Assembly (NCBI GenBank): GCA_963827685.1 | Contig: CAWHBU010000005.1 | Location: 32,001 to 96,000, forward strand | DNA from: an uncultured delta proteobacterium | GTDB lineage: Bacteria > Desulfobacterota > BSN033 > UBA1163 | Direction of reading: 5' to 3' | Length of the DNA stretch: 64,000 nucleotides | In this document: positions 30,476-39,825 of the stretch, in pieces | Layout of the letters: the number at the start of each line of letters is the position of its first letter | Numbering within the stretch: the first letter of the stretch is position 1 | The notes under the pieces: generated by a model | What the model saw: only the letters and a program-made list of their open reading frames with translations | What the model was told of the DNA's origin: nothing | Database searches by the model: none | Made by a program: the position numbers and the translations under genes

Positions 30476-33177
30476 CTACTTGGCTCTTTCGGGGGGTTGG
30501 CCCAAAAGCGCTTTTAACTTCTCCATAGCCTTTCCGAAGTCTTCCCATCTTCCCTGTCGAATAGCCTGCTCAGCTTCTTTGAGATCCTCTCTTGCCCGGT
30601 TCAGCTGTTCGCTCTGAACGGGGGCAGAGACTTTCCCGGCCTCAGGTTGAGCGGTGCCGAAAACGGCCTGAAGGGCTTGATCAAGAGTTGGCTCCATAAC
30701 CACTTTGTTCCCGGATACAATAATAATCCGTTTGAGCTGCGGGATGTTTGTGCCCTCCGCCGTCAGGTACACAGGCTCGACGTAAAGGAAGGAGCTATCG
30801 ATGGGGATAATAATCAAGTTGCCACGGATGACCCGGGAGCCTTTCTGGTCCCAAAGGGACAACTGCCCGGAGATCAGCGTGTTCTGATCGATCATCGCCT
30901 CGATCTGCATGGGGCCCAGAATCAGCCGCTCCTTTGGGAGTTGATAAAGGAGCATTTTCCCATATTCAGGAAAATCGCAATTGGCAGCCATCCAGGCGAT
31001 CATGTTGTCTCTGTTCTGAGGCGTAAAGGGACTCATCAGAAGATACATAAGCTCTTTCTGGCCGGGAAGCCGCATCAGGATATAATAGGGGATCATCGGG
31101 ATGGTATTGCCGGCATATTTCTCCTGTGCAAAACTCCAGAGATCTTCTCGGTTGTAGAAGACCTGAGGATCCGTCATGTGATAGGTCCTGTACATGTCGG
31201 CTTGAATCGTGAAAAAGTCCTCAGGGTATCTCAGATGCCTTTTTAAATCCTGCGATAACTCCCCCAATTCCCTGAAGACCCCCGGAAACGCCTTGCGGTA
31301 AACGCCGAGGACCGGGTCATCGACGTCCATTACATAAAATCGAACAGAGCCTTCATAGATATCCACAATCACCTTCACGGAGTTTCGGATATAATTCAAG
31401 CCAATCCCCAAGGATCTTGATTGGGGTTTTGAGTAGGGGAAATGGTCGGAAGTTGTGTAGGCATCCTGAATCCAGTAAAGCTTCCCTTCGCTCAGGACGA
31501 GGTAAGGATCTTTGTCCAGTAGTAAAAAAGGGGCGATTCTCCTAACTCGGTCCTGGACACTTCTCCAAATCTGGATACGACTCTCAGGGCCGAGATAAGA
31601 GGTGAGCAGTATATTGACGTCTGAGAAATTCCATGCAAAAAGAACTCTTTTCCAGTAGCTGTCCAGAGGAATGCCTCCCTTCCCCTGATAGCTGGTATAG
31701 ATATTTTCACTCCCCTTCGGATAGTCAAATTCTTTCATCTTGGTCCCGACGATCCGATAACCCGGGGTCTTTTCGCCGAAGTAGATGGCAGGCTGCTCAA
31801 CATTCAGGCCGTACTTGGAGACGGGCGGGATATTTTCGATAATATACTGCGGGAATCCTCCTTCGGCAATCTTCGAGACGAAGTTCATGACGAGACCATA
31901 GCCGTGGGTATATTGAAGACGCTCATTGACCCACGTCCTGGCCTGTTCGGGAAGCTCGGGCGCCAACTCCCGAGCTGGAGACTCCACCTGATGATAGCCG
32001 TCCTCCGTATGGTAACGGTCAACGTCAACCTCATTGAATCGATAATAGAGACGCATCTCCTGAGTTTGCCGATAGGTCTGCAGTAGTGGCCGCCAATCCC
32101 AGAGGCGGATATTCTGAATGGTCTCCTGGTGGTCAGAGACCTGCCCGGGGGTGAGCTCCGATAACCCGGGGTACGTTTTCACTTCTATTTTATCGAGTTG
32201 AAAGGCCTTGCGCGTAAAATCGATATTATACTTGAGATAAGGGGTCTCCAATTTCAGCTCGCTGGGCTCCACCTCGAATTTTTGCACGAGACCGGGGAGC
32301 AGGATGATAACCACAAAATAGAGGAAAAAATAGCTTCCAATGCCAATGAGGATCGCCCTGAACCGCCGTTTCAAAAAGTTTAAAAGAACCCAAATACCTA
32401 AGGCAATCGACGCAAAAAGCATGATCCAGAGACTGATCCTCGTGACGTTATAAGCCGTATATCCCACTCCGTAGACTACGCCAAGGGTGGAGTAGAGGAG
32501 CTCAAAACGATCCAGGTAATAACCCCACACCCAGTTTCCAATGAAGAGAAGAAATAGGATAGCCACATGCCCCAGGGGTGTCCAATTTCTCCTTTGAGGA
32601 GAATTTACCCCGAACCGAAGCATGCCAAAGGACATGTATCCGATAGAGATGAGCAAAAATGTTGTGAAGGTCAGACCTGTCAAGCCGTTCTGGATCATCT
32701 CATAAAAAGGAAGTCTGAACATATAGAATCCGACATCCGCACCAAAGATGGGATCGGAGAATCCGAAGGTCCCCCCCAGCGGAAGCGCAGATAAGTATCC
32801 CATTCAGAATAGTAGATAAGACCAAAAATGAGTGCTGGAACACATGAGATGATGGCGGTAATGAATTTTCCGGTTTTTGCTGTGATCTCCCCGGCATTCT
32901 CAATTACCAGCACATCTTGTCTCCCAACGCTCTTCAGCCCGGCCCTCACGAGCAGACGGAGATTGCCCCAGAAATAGAGGAATACTAAGATAAAAGCCAG
33001 ACCGAACCATCCCAGCTTAATGAACAGCAACTGCCAGAAGATGGTTTCATACCCTAATTCCCCCATCCAGAGCCATTCCACCAGCCTGCCTGTAATGAGC
33101 GATAGAAAAATCAGAACGAAAATCACCACGGCGAGAACGTACCAAAAAATCCTTCTTCCTATCGCGAGCCTTTTCAT
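30476..33177 (-). pseudogene. UPF0182 family membrane protein split by a frameshift in a G7 run
   Basis: N-terminal WLWMGELGY in one ORF; DPIFGADVGFY, NIRLWD, YTHGYG, NYIRNSVK in the other; G8 at 32771-32777 would join the frames. Confidence 0.88.
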
Positions 33178-33266
33178 TACTATCTACCTCCTCTCCATCT
33201 TTATCTGGGGTTCCTCTCACCCATCCTTATAGAACCCTCCAGCCAGCGAGCCGGGGCGATGGATGG

Positions 33267-33365
33267 ATGCTCTATGCGCTACCTGTCCTCCGTAGCAGAA
33301 CGAACTGCGTAGGAGGATGCTCTTTGCGATCTTTTGTTTGCAGGGCCAACTTTTTTAGGGATGAC
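33267..33365 (+). repeat. About 99-bp direct repeat (second copy 38057-38155) containing a hairpin and the boundary motif
   Basis: Two mismatches by eye; hairpin TCCTCCGTAGCAG...CTGCGTAGGAGGA. Confidence 0.88.
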
Positions 33366-33622
33366 AGTCTTCTTAAGGCTAATCTCTTTCTTAGGAGTTG
33401 ACTGAATTTTTCAGTCAGAGACTTTGGACCCCTTGACTACAAAATTGACTCAGTTGTTACGTAATGACTCTCGACTTTACCACTTGCCTGATCACTCAAT
33501 CGCTTATTGACTCAACGCCCGCATTACCGCCCCACTTTTTTATGGATGACACCGGTTTGCAATAGGTCTATTTCTTAAACAACTTAACTACGTCCCTGGG
33601 TGCGTCCTTAGATCATTTCAGC

Positions 33623-34879
33623 TTACTTGTTTTGTTCCTTCAACCTCTTCTCGTAATTAAGGCGTACTTCTTTGAGTTCAGCGGGTGTCCTGCAAATTTC
33701 TTCAGCTTGAATGGACTGCATATTCTTTAAAATAGCGAACCCATACTTTTCGCTGTAGGCTGTCTCCCCCCAGACCACATCCTCAACTACCTGATGGTCC
33801 TCTTTTCTTACGATCTTCCAACCTTCTGGGGTTTCCCACGCAAGCGGCTCCTTTTCCACTGCAGCAATCACTCTTTCCGTGTCCGTTGTGCCGGCACGCT
33901 CTATGGCGGCCTTCAGGAAATAGACACCTGCATAGGTTTCTTCAGCCATATAGTCAGGATATTCTTTAAACCTCTCCTGGTAAATCTTGACGAACCTACG
34001 GTTCATAGGAGAGTCCGGGGTAAGGAAAAAGTAACGGGCTGAAACGAACAAACCCTCGGGCATGCTCTTTCCCAGAGGAATGAGCGTCTCAAGGGCTGCC
34101 CCATCCGGAAAAACAAACTTGATTTTGTCAAATAGGCCCAGAGGTAACGCTTGCTTAATGAAAGTGACTGCGTCCATACCCCACAAAGGTGACCAGATGG
34201 CTTCTGGTTTGGCTTCTATAATCTTTTGGATGAAAGGAGTATAGTCAGGCTCGGTTAACTTGGGCCATAACTCACCGACAATCTCGATATCTGGCCGCAG
34301 CTCCTTCAATTTATCCTTGAATGAATTCCAGGATTCGTAACCATAACTGTAGCCTGGTCCAATGCACATCCAACGCTTGAATGGTTTACTCGCCATGAAA
34401 TAGGCACCGGCCCGAGAGTGCATCATGGCATTGCTCAAAGTGCTGAACATGTACCGGTTGAACTTGGCATCTGTCAGCGAATTTGTCGCCGACTGTGTTA
34501 GGACCAGAATCTTCTTTTGCTGTTCGACAAGATCCGCCATGGCCAGAGCCACACCGCTGGAAGTGGGTCCAATAATGAAATCCACTTTGTCCTGAGTGAT
34601 AAATTTCTTAGTGATCTGCACGCCCTTATCCACTTTTAACTCGTCATCTTCAAAAATGGCTTCAACCTTTCTCCCTAAAATGCCGCCCTGCCCATTAATT
34701 TCGTCAAGAGCTAACTGGATTGCCTGTGTTCCGTGCTTACCGTATCCTCCCATCTTCCCGGACATGATGAAAACCACACCGAGCTTGATCGGCTTTTTTT
34801 CAGCCGCCCAGCCTGTTCCGAATACCAAAACAAAACTAATAAAAAGAACGCCTATTCCTATGATCCATCTCCCTCTCAT
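33623..34879 (-). CDS. Orphan ABC substrate-binding protein, branched-chain amino acid (Peripla_BP_6) type
   Basis: Signal peptide, PIKLG...EIN..GGILGR, GPTSSG; no permease next to it. Confidence 0.9.
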   Translation of the reverse strand: MRGRWIIGIGVLFISFVLVFGTGWAAEKKPIKLGVVFIMSGKMGGYGKHGTQAIQLALDEINGQGGILGRKVEAIFEDDELKVDKGVQITKKFITQDKVDFIIGPTSSGVALAMADLVEQQKKILVLTQSATNSLTDAKFNRYMFSTLSNAMMHSRAGAYFMASKPFKRWMCIGPGYSYGYESWNSFKDKLKELRPDIEIVGELWPKLTEPDYTPFIQKIIEAKPEAIWSPLWGMDAVTFIKQALPLGLFDKIKFVFPDGAALETLIPLGKSMPEGLFVSARYFFLTPDSPMNRRFVKIYQERFKEYPDYMAEETYAGVYFLKAAIERAGTTDTERVIAAVEKEPLAWETPEGWKIVRKEDHQVVEDVVWGETAYSEKYGFAILKNMQSIQAEEICRTPAELKEVRLNYEKRLKEQNK

Positions 34880-34959
34880 AGTTTCCTCCTTTTTTATTTG
34901 GGAATGCCACTTTTTTATGGATGACACCGCATGCTCTGCATCTCGAAAGGGTATCGATG

Positions 34960-35217
34960 TTATCTCCGGTATACTTCACGACAATGTCGCACTCGCATGA
35001 TCCTCACGGCCCTTGTCTTCTCATCAATCTCGTAAAGGACACGGTAGTCTCCAACTCTAATTCGCCAATCATTCTTTGAACCGGCAAGCTTGCGGCATCC
35101 CGAAGGTCTTGGATTTTCTGCTAAGGCTCTAATCTGGGGAATGATCCGGTGGAAGGTGGTTATGGGTAGACGCTTGAGGTCATTTTCAGCAGCTCTCTCA
35201 AGATACACCTCATACAC
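34960..35217 (-). CDS. RelE/ParE family toxin
   Basis: LAENPRPSGCRKL...WRIRVGDYRVLYEID. Confidence 0.92.
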   Translation of the reverse strand: MYEVYLERAAENDLKRLPITTFHRIIPQIRALAENPRPSGCRKLAGSKNDWRIRVGDYRVLYEIDEKTRAVRIMRVRHCREVYRR

Positions 35218-35419
35218 TTGGATGATACTCCTTCAAAAAGTCCTCGAGCCTTCTAAACTTAAGAGGTCTCTTCCTCATTTCTTTGAGCAAATTCAAATCC
35301 TCAAGGTCCTCCAGACGCTCTAACATTTGTCGATACTCATCGATATCAAGAATGACCGCAAAGGGTTTACCCTCTTTCAGGACAATCTCAGGAGTTTTCC
35401 TCTTCATCTTACCTTTCAT
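35210..35419 (-). CDS. Phd/YefM-like antitoxin
   Basis: GKPFAVILDIDEYRQMLERLEDLEDL; overlaps the RelE start. Confidence 0.85.
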   Translation of the reverse strand: MKGKMKRKTPEIVLKEGKPFAVILDIDEYRQMLERLEDLEDLNLLKEMRKRPLKFRRLEDFLKEYHPSV

Positions 35420-35764
35420 GTCTTAACCTCCCATTTGTTAAGCGCCATATTATAATACATCTATTTTTGTTAAATTGTAAAGCCTATTCCACACTTCAAG
35501 AACGAAACAAACATTTGCTCCTTTACTTTGAGCTTTCAGGTTTCAGCTTTACGCCATGCGCGCTGCTGTTATTAGCCTTGAATTCCGCATTCCGCAATCC
35601 GCATATGAAGTATCCTTCTCCCAATCACCGTGTCCCCGTTTCCCCTCATCTGCTCTTGCGTCTCCCCATCTCCTCGTTTCTCTGTCTTCCTATCTTCCTA
35701 TTTTTCTTTTGGGCAGGCCAAACTTTTTTATGGATGCTACCTGTGAATCGTGCAGACCTGAACC

Positions 35765-36763
35765 CTAGGAGTGGGTTTCAATTTCCATGAGGTCCTTTCC
35801 AACGATAATTTTTCCGCCGAAGTTTTGCCTGGGACCCTCCGCCCACATCTCTTCGGTGACAGAAGGATCATCGGATGGGACAAAATGCGTGAGAACAAGG
35901 GTTTTTACTCCGGCTTCCTTCGCCACCTTGCCCACATCGATATGTGTTGTATGGGAGGCGACGATATGTTCGAGAAGTCTATCCGCATTGGGAACGCGGG
36001 CAAGAAGTCGGGCAAGGGAGGGCTTATGAAGGACCTCGTGGACGAGGATATCGGCACCTTTAGCAAGCTTGATCAGATTGTCAGAGGGGGTCGTGTCGCC
36101 GGAGAAGACGATCGATGTTTTGGCGGTGTCAAACCGGTATGCAAAGGAGGGTACAACCGGAGGGTGGTTTACGAGGGCTGCCGTGACTTTCACATTTTCA
36201 TCCTGCATGACCGGTCCATTTTCCGAGAACTCATGAACGTGTACCATGGGGGCCAGAGGAGGTCTCCCTTCGTCAGGGATCCTGATATTGATGTCATAGG
36301 CATTGAGCTCAAAGAAGGCGTTCGTCATCTTCTCAAGCGGAGGGGGTCCATAGGCATCGATCCTTCCTTTAAACCCGGACGCCCATGCATTGTAAACAAG
36401 ATTTCCGTATTCGAGGTTATGGTCAGAATGGTGATGGGTGATGAAAATGTGTTTTAGGGCCGCAAGGGAGATACCCGCAAAGACGAGCTGTCTGCTGACA
36501 CCCCCTCCACAATCAACGACGTAGGGAATGTTATTCACAATGACGACCCATGCTGACTGGTTTCGCACTTTATTGGGGCGGGGTCCACCTCCCGTCCCTA
36601 ATAGGATCAATCTTACATCTGATTTCTTCGTGGGACTGAGATCCTTGGTCTGGGCAAACAGATCCTTTGCCAGCAGGGTGCCGGCAAAAGCAGCCATCGA
36701 GCCGGTTAGGAATTGCCTCCTGGACAAACCTTTGGTTTTGTCGCCTTTTTGTCGATCCGACAT
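35765..36763 (-). CDS. Tat-exported MBL-fold metallohydrolase (RNase Z/arylsulfatase-like)
   Basis: SRRQFL, LLGTGGGP, THHHSDH, FSGDT, LVHE, HT. Confidence 0.9.
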   Translation of the reverse strand: MSDRQKGDKTKGLSRRQFLTGSMAAFAGTLLAKDLFAQTKDLSPTKKSDVRLILLGTGGGPRPNKVRNQSAWVVIVNNIPYVVDCGGGVSRQLVFAGISLAALKHIFITHHHSDHNLEYGNLVYNAWASGFKGRIDAYGPPPLEKMTNAFFELNAYDINIRIPDEGRPPLAPMVHVHEFSENGPVMQDENVKVTAALVNHPPVVPSFAYRFDTAKTSIVFSGDTTPSDNLIKLAKGADILVHEVLHKPSLARLLARVPNADRLLEHIVASHTTHIDVGKVAKEAGVKTLVLTHFVPSDDPSVTEEMWAEGPRQNFGGKIIVGKDLMEIETHS

Positions 36764-36956
36764 CTGCGAGCCCCTCCTTTCCTGATTATTATTTCCACAC
36801 AACAATCGATCTTGACGCCATGCGCCTTGCCCTTGGCAATATGCTCCAGGGCAGGCCCAACTCTTTTATGGATAACACCCGGATTCGATTTTATGAGTAA
36901 TTCAACTTAGTCAACAACGGCCCCTTTGTCCTTCTACAATGCGCTGCTCATCTGGT

Positions 36957-37265
36957 TTAACGCATCCTCTTAAAAACGGAGTAAGCCTCCATAAAGGTCG
37001 GAAATCCGGCGGTCTGTATTAACAGAAGAAGTGCATGCTTAATCTCATCATCGGTCAGCCCAGATTCCTTTCCTTTCAGGATATGAGTCTCCAGAGATAA
37101 AGGATGACCGCTTGCCCCGGAAACGGCAATCTTGATCAGCCAGCGGATTTTCTCGGGCAGAGGGCCAGATTGCTCATGAATCGTTTTCCCCAGTGCTTCA
37201 TGGCCTTTGTAGACGGCCGGAAACTCTTTCTTGAATTCTTTAAATGGCTCGTGAATTTCTTTCAT
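36957..37265 (-). CDS. Carboxymuconolactone decarboxylase family protein
   Basis: GPLPEKIRWLIKIA...H...G.T.DEI.HA..L..TAGFP. Confidence 0.85.
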   Translation of the reverse strand: MKEIHEPFKEFKKEFPAVYKGHEALGKTIHEQSGPLPEKIRWLIKIAVSGASGHPLSLETHILKGKESGLTDDEIKHALLLLIQTAGFPTFMEAYSVFKRMR

Positions 37266-37483
37266 CTCGGCTCTCCTTTCCTCCCTGAAACGATCAGCGA
37301 TTTTAACCTTCAAATTGGCGTTCTAAGTTTGGAATCAACCCCTTTTTTCTAGAAATGATTTGTTCGATCAAGCAGTTCACTTGGTCCGACCCGAGATCCC
37401 CGTAAACGCGCTTGCCTTTTTTGGAAATGATTAATTTGATCAACCCGTTAACTTGGTCCGAGCATAGGCCCAACCCTCGTTGA

Positions 37484-37972
37484 TTATTCTGTTACGCCTT
37501 TACCTTCTGTCCGTGTTGCTGTCCATTCCCCTGACAAACCTGACGGCCACGCTGGATTTGAGAAGGTAATGGTATATGTTCCAATCCCCCCTCCGTCCCT
37601 CAATTCACCCTTGACATTCAGGGTAAACGGAGAATCCTGATACCCCGAGGGGGCGGAAGAATTCGTCGCTGTGCCCGTAGCGGTGAACGAGAGAGAAGAG
37701 CCCGAGATGATCACCCTTCCTCCAGTGAAAGGACATGTCGTGGAGTCTAGATACGTCCACTCTCCGGTAACGGTCACCGTCCCATCTGATTTCTTAGTCA
37801 AAGTCCAAACCCCTTTGCCACCACCACGATCAACAATCGATTTCCAGCGCTCTGTGGTCATGGCCGGGCGGTCATCATTACTGCTGGCCCCGCTCGGCCC
37901 ATACCCAATAACAAATAGGCTGGAGATGAGCGTTACGGCAATAACGGTACATACCAATGGATATCGTCTCAT
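37484..37972 (-). CDS. Hypothetical exported beta-rich protein
   Basis: Signal-like N-terminus; Gly/Thr-rich repeated G.W strands. Confidence 0.7.
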   Translation of the reverse strand: MRRYPLVCTVIAVTLISSLFVIGYGPSGASSNDDRPAMTTERWKSIVDRGGGKGVWTLTKKSDGTVTVTGEWTYLDSTTCPFTGGRVIISGSSLSFTATGTATNSSAPSGYQDSPFTLNVKGELRDGGGIGTYTITFSNPAWPSGLSGEWTATRTEGKGVTE

Positions 37973-38203
37973 GATCTATGCCCCCTTCGATACTCTTTAA
38001 TTCAAGACCCGGCCCCCTCTGCCACTTTTTAAGTTTTTACCTCTGATCTTTACACCATGCTCTATGCGCTACCTGTCCTCCGTAGCAGAACGAACTGCGT
38101 AGGAGGATGCTCTTTGCGATCTTTTGTTTGCAGGGCCAACTTTTTTGTGGATGACCCCTCTCTTGTTTTATGAAATGTGTGATTGCAAGACCTGGCCCCC
38201 CGT

Positions 38204-38271
38204 CCCGGCTATCATTCATCGCAACTTAAATTATCAGATATTTTTGAATTGGGCTTTTGAGCAACAGCCCG
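38204..38271 (+). mobile_element. Remnant 3' end of the same IS1182-type element, opposite orientation
   Basis: Near reverse complement of about 28634-28700, ending GCAACAGCCCG directly before TCAAGACCTGACACC. Confidence 0.85.
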
Positions 38272-38324
38272 TCAAGACCTGACACCGGTGATGACTACGT
38301 CCCTGTGTCTCTTGTGTCTCTACG

Positions 38325-38893
38325 TCAAATGAACCACGGTGTTTTTTCAAGAACGGGGTTCAGGGTAAACGGCTCCGACTGTCTGAGAAACGCAGCTGTC
38401 AGATAAGCGATGTCCCCAGCGTATTTCAAGGTAATCGGTTCCCCGCAGAATGAATCAGTGGATGCCCAATTCAATTTCGTCAGATTCAAGACTTGTACTG
38501 CCAGGACTCGAAGATCGGGCTCTGCTCTCGGCAGCCCTTCTGGCCGATGAACCCATGCCGATACTTCTAAAGGCTTCGGGGTTCCCAAGGATCGACGGAA
38601 GGGGTTATAGCCGGTCGTTGACAAATATATCCTATTACCTGCAGCTTCTACATAACTTCCACGCCGCAGGCTGCCATCGGTTTCCGGTCGATTGTCATAC
38701 AACCGGACATTGTGATGCGAGTTGATCCATACGAAAGTAAAAGTTCCTTGAGGCCTCACTTTCCGAGCCGCCTCAAGGATTGAGTTCCGATCTACCTTCG
38801 CCAGCTTTGCAGAATAGTGAAAGATGATCCGAGGCGTCGGTGGTAGTCTGTTTCGAAGTTTTGTGAGTGTTTCCTCGACTAGCCGAGGGGGTG
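38325..38893 (-). pseudogene. C-terminal PIWI-domain fragment of a prokaryotic Argonaute
   Basis: RGSYV, LSTTG, GTPKPL, QVLNLTKLNWAS, EPITLKYA..IA, PWFI*; 5' part replaced by HEPN sequence. Confidence 0.82.
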
Positions 38894-38970
38894 AGCAAGT
38901 CAGAAATCTCTTGGCGACTCGTTTGGTGCTCAATGAGCCAGCGGCTTTTTAGCCAGTCTTGCAAGCTCAC
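38894..38970 (-). pseudogene. Truncated HEPN-type partner, about 26 codons
   Basis: MSLQDWLKSRWLIEHQTSRQEISDLL, then the junction to the Argonaute fragment. Confidence 0.65.
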
Positions 38971-39556
38971 GTTTGTCTCCGATGAGGAACAACATGGGTC
39001 CTCTTAAGACAGTGTTGAGGAAATGGTGCCCTGCCGCCACTTTTGATCGGAACTCCGCAGGAGGATAAACGGTTGGATTGATCTCCCGGCCAAGTGTCTT
39101 TTGAGCCTCGCTAAGCGATGACACAATCTCAGCAAATGTTACCTTGCCCACGACCAGGACATCCACATCGCTATCCCGGTGTTCTTCACTGCGCGCCATG
39201 GATCCATAGATGAAAGCCACATTGATGCGGCCACCCAAAGGCGCCAAGGCAGCTTGCAGCGTTGCCCCCACTCCAACCGTCTTGACGACCAGGTTTTTCA
39301 GCTCTGCAAATACAGGGCAACGGGGATTCGCCTGGTAATAGACCTGCCGCCCACGAACGATGCGCTGGATAATCCCAGCGTCTGAAAGCTGCTTCAACTC
39401 CCTCTGCACTGCACCCAGCCCGACTCCGGCGGCGCGAACGATTTGCCGCAGATAAAAAGCATCGTCGATATGGCTGTAGAGTAAAGAAAGGACTGCCCGG
39501 CGGGTCTTACCAAACAGGGTCCTGGATAGGTTATCGCTGTCAGGCAACGTACTCAT
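38930..39556 (-). CDS. ArsR-type wHTH plus MNT antitoxin (copy A)
   Basis: LFGKTRRAVL, YLRQI, FIYGSMAR....SDVDV, LGREINP. Confidence 0.88.
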   Translation of the reverse strand: MSTLPDSDNLSRTLFGKTRRAVLSLLYSHIDDAFYLRQIVRAAGVGLGAVQRELKQLSDAGIIQRIVRGRQVYYQANPRCPVFAELKNLVVKTVGVGATLQAALAPLGGRINVAFIYGSMARSEEHRDSDVDVLVVGKVTFAEIVSSLSEAQKTLGREINPTVYPPAEFRSKVAAGHHFLNTVLRGPMLFLIGDKRELARLAKKPLAH

Positions 39557-39825
39557 TGTGGGTACGATTGTACCTCTTTTAGGTACGATTTTCAAGACAC
39601 TCCTTTTCGTTCACCCCTGCAAGACATTCACTGTCAGGTCTTGAAATTTGAATTAACCTCATCCCCCCCTCACCTTTCAATTGCTACCAACTTCTCGCAT
39701 AGCGCAGAGCGCATGGGGCATAGCGTAAATGAACTGCTGTGAATCGTGAACCGCGAGGCGTGACTCGTGATTCGTGAAATGCGTGAGAGTTAAAACAAAA
39801 AAGCCCTTTACCTTTTGAGAGCCGG

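Larger units (their letters stand above)
23394..38158 (+). repeat. Dispersed direct-repeat family GGGCCAACTTTTTTATGGATGACACC, 13 copies at gene-unit boundaries
   Basis: Copies start at 23394, 25230, 26452, 27045, 27682, 28592, 30309, 33343, 33528, 34903, 35716, 36854 and 38133, plus a degenerate one near 30350; all in the same orientation and intergenic. Confidence 0.92.

Noticed and set aside
26286-35790. Several short plus-strand ORFs containing ANFFMDD-like peptides (26286, 27594, 35556)
   Set aside because: The shared peptide is just the translation of the DNA boundary motif and heptamer tracts, not a protein family.
23394-38158. CRISPR array interpretation of the 26-bp repeats
   Set aside because: Spacing is 0.2-3 kb with whole genes between copies, the repeats are degenerate, and no cas genes are present.
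23394-38158. Canonical attC or dif/pdif sites
   Set aside because: No RYYYAAC/GTTRRRY palindromic arms, and no XerD arm (TTATGTTAAAT-like) opposite the CATAA half. Only a half-site resemblance, kept as a hypothesis.
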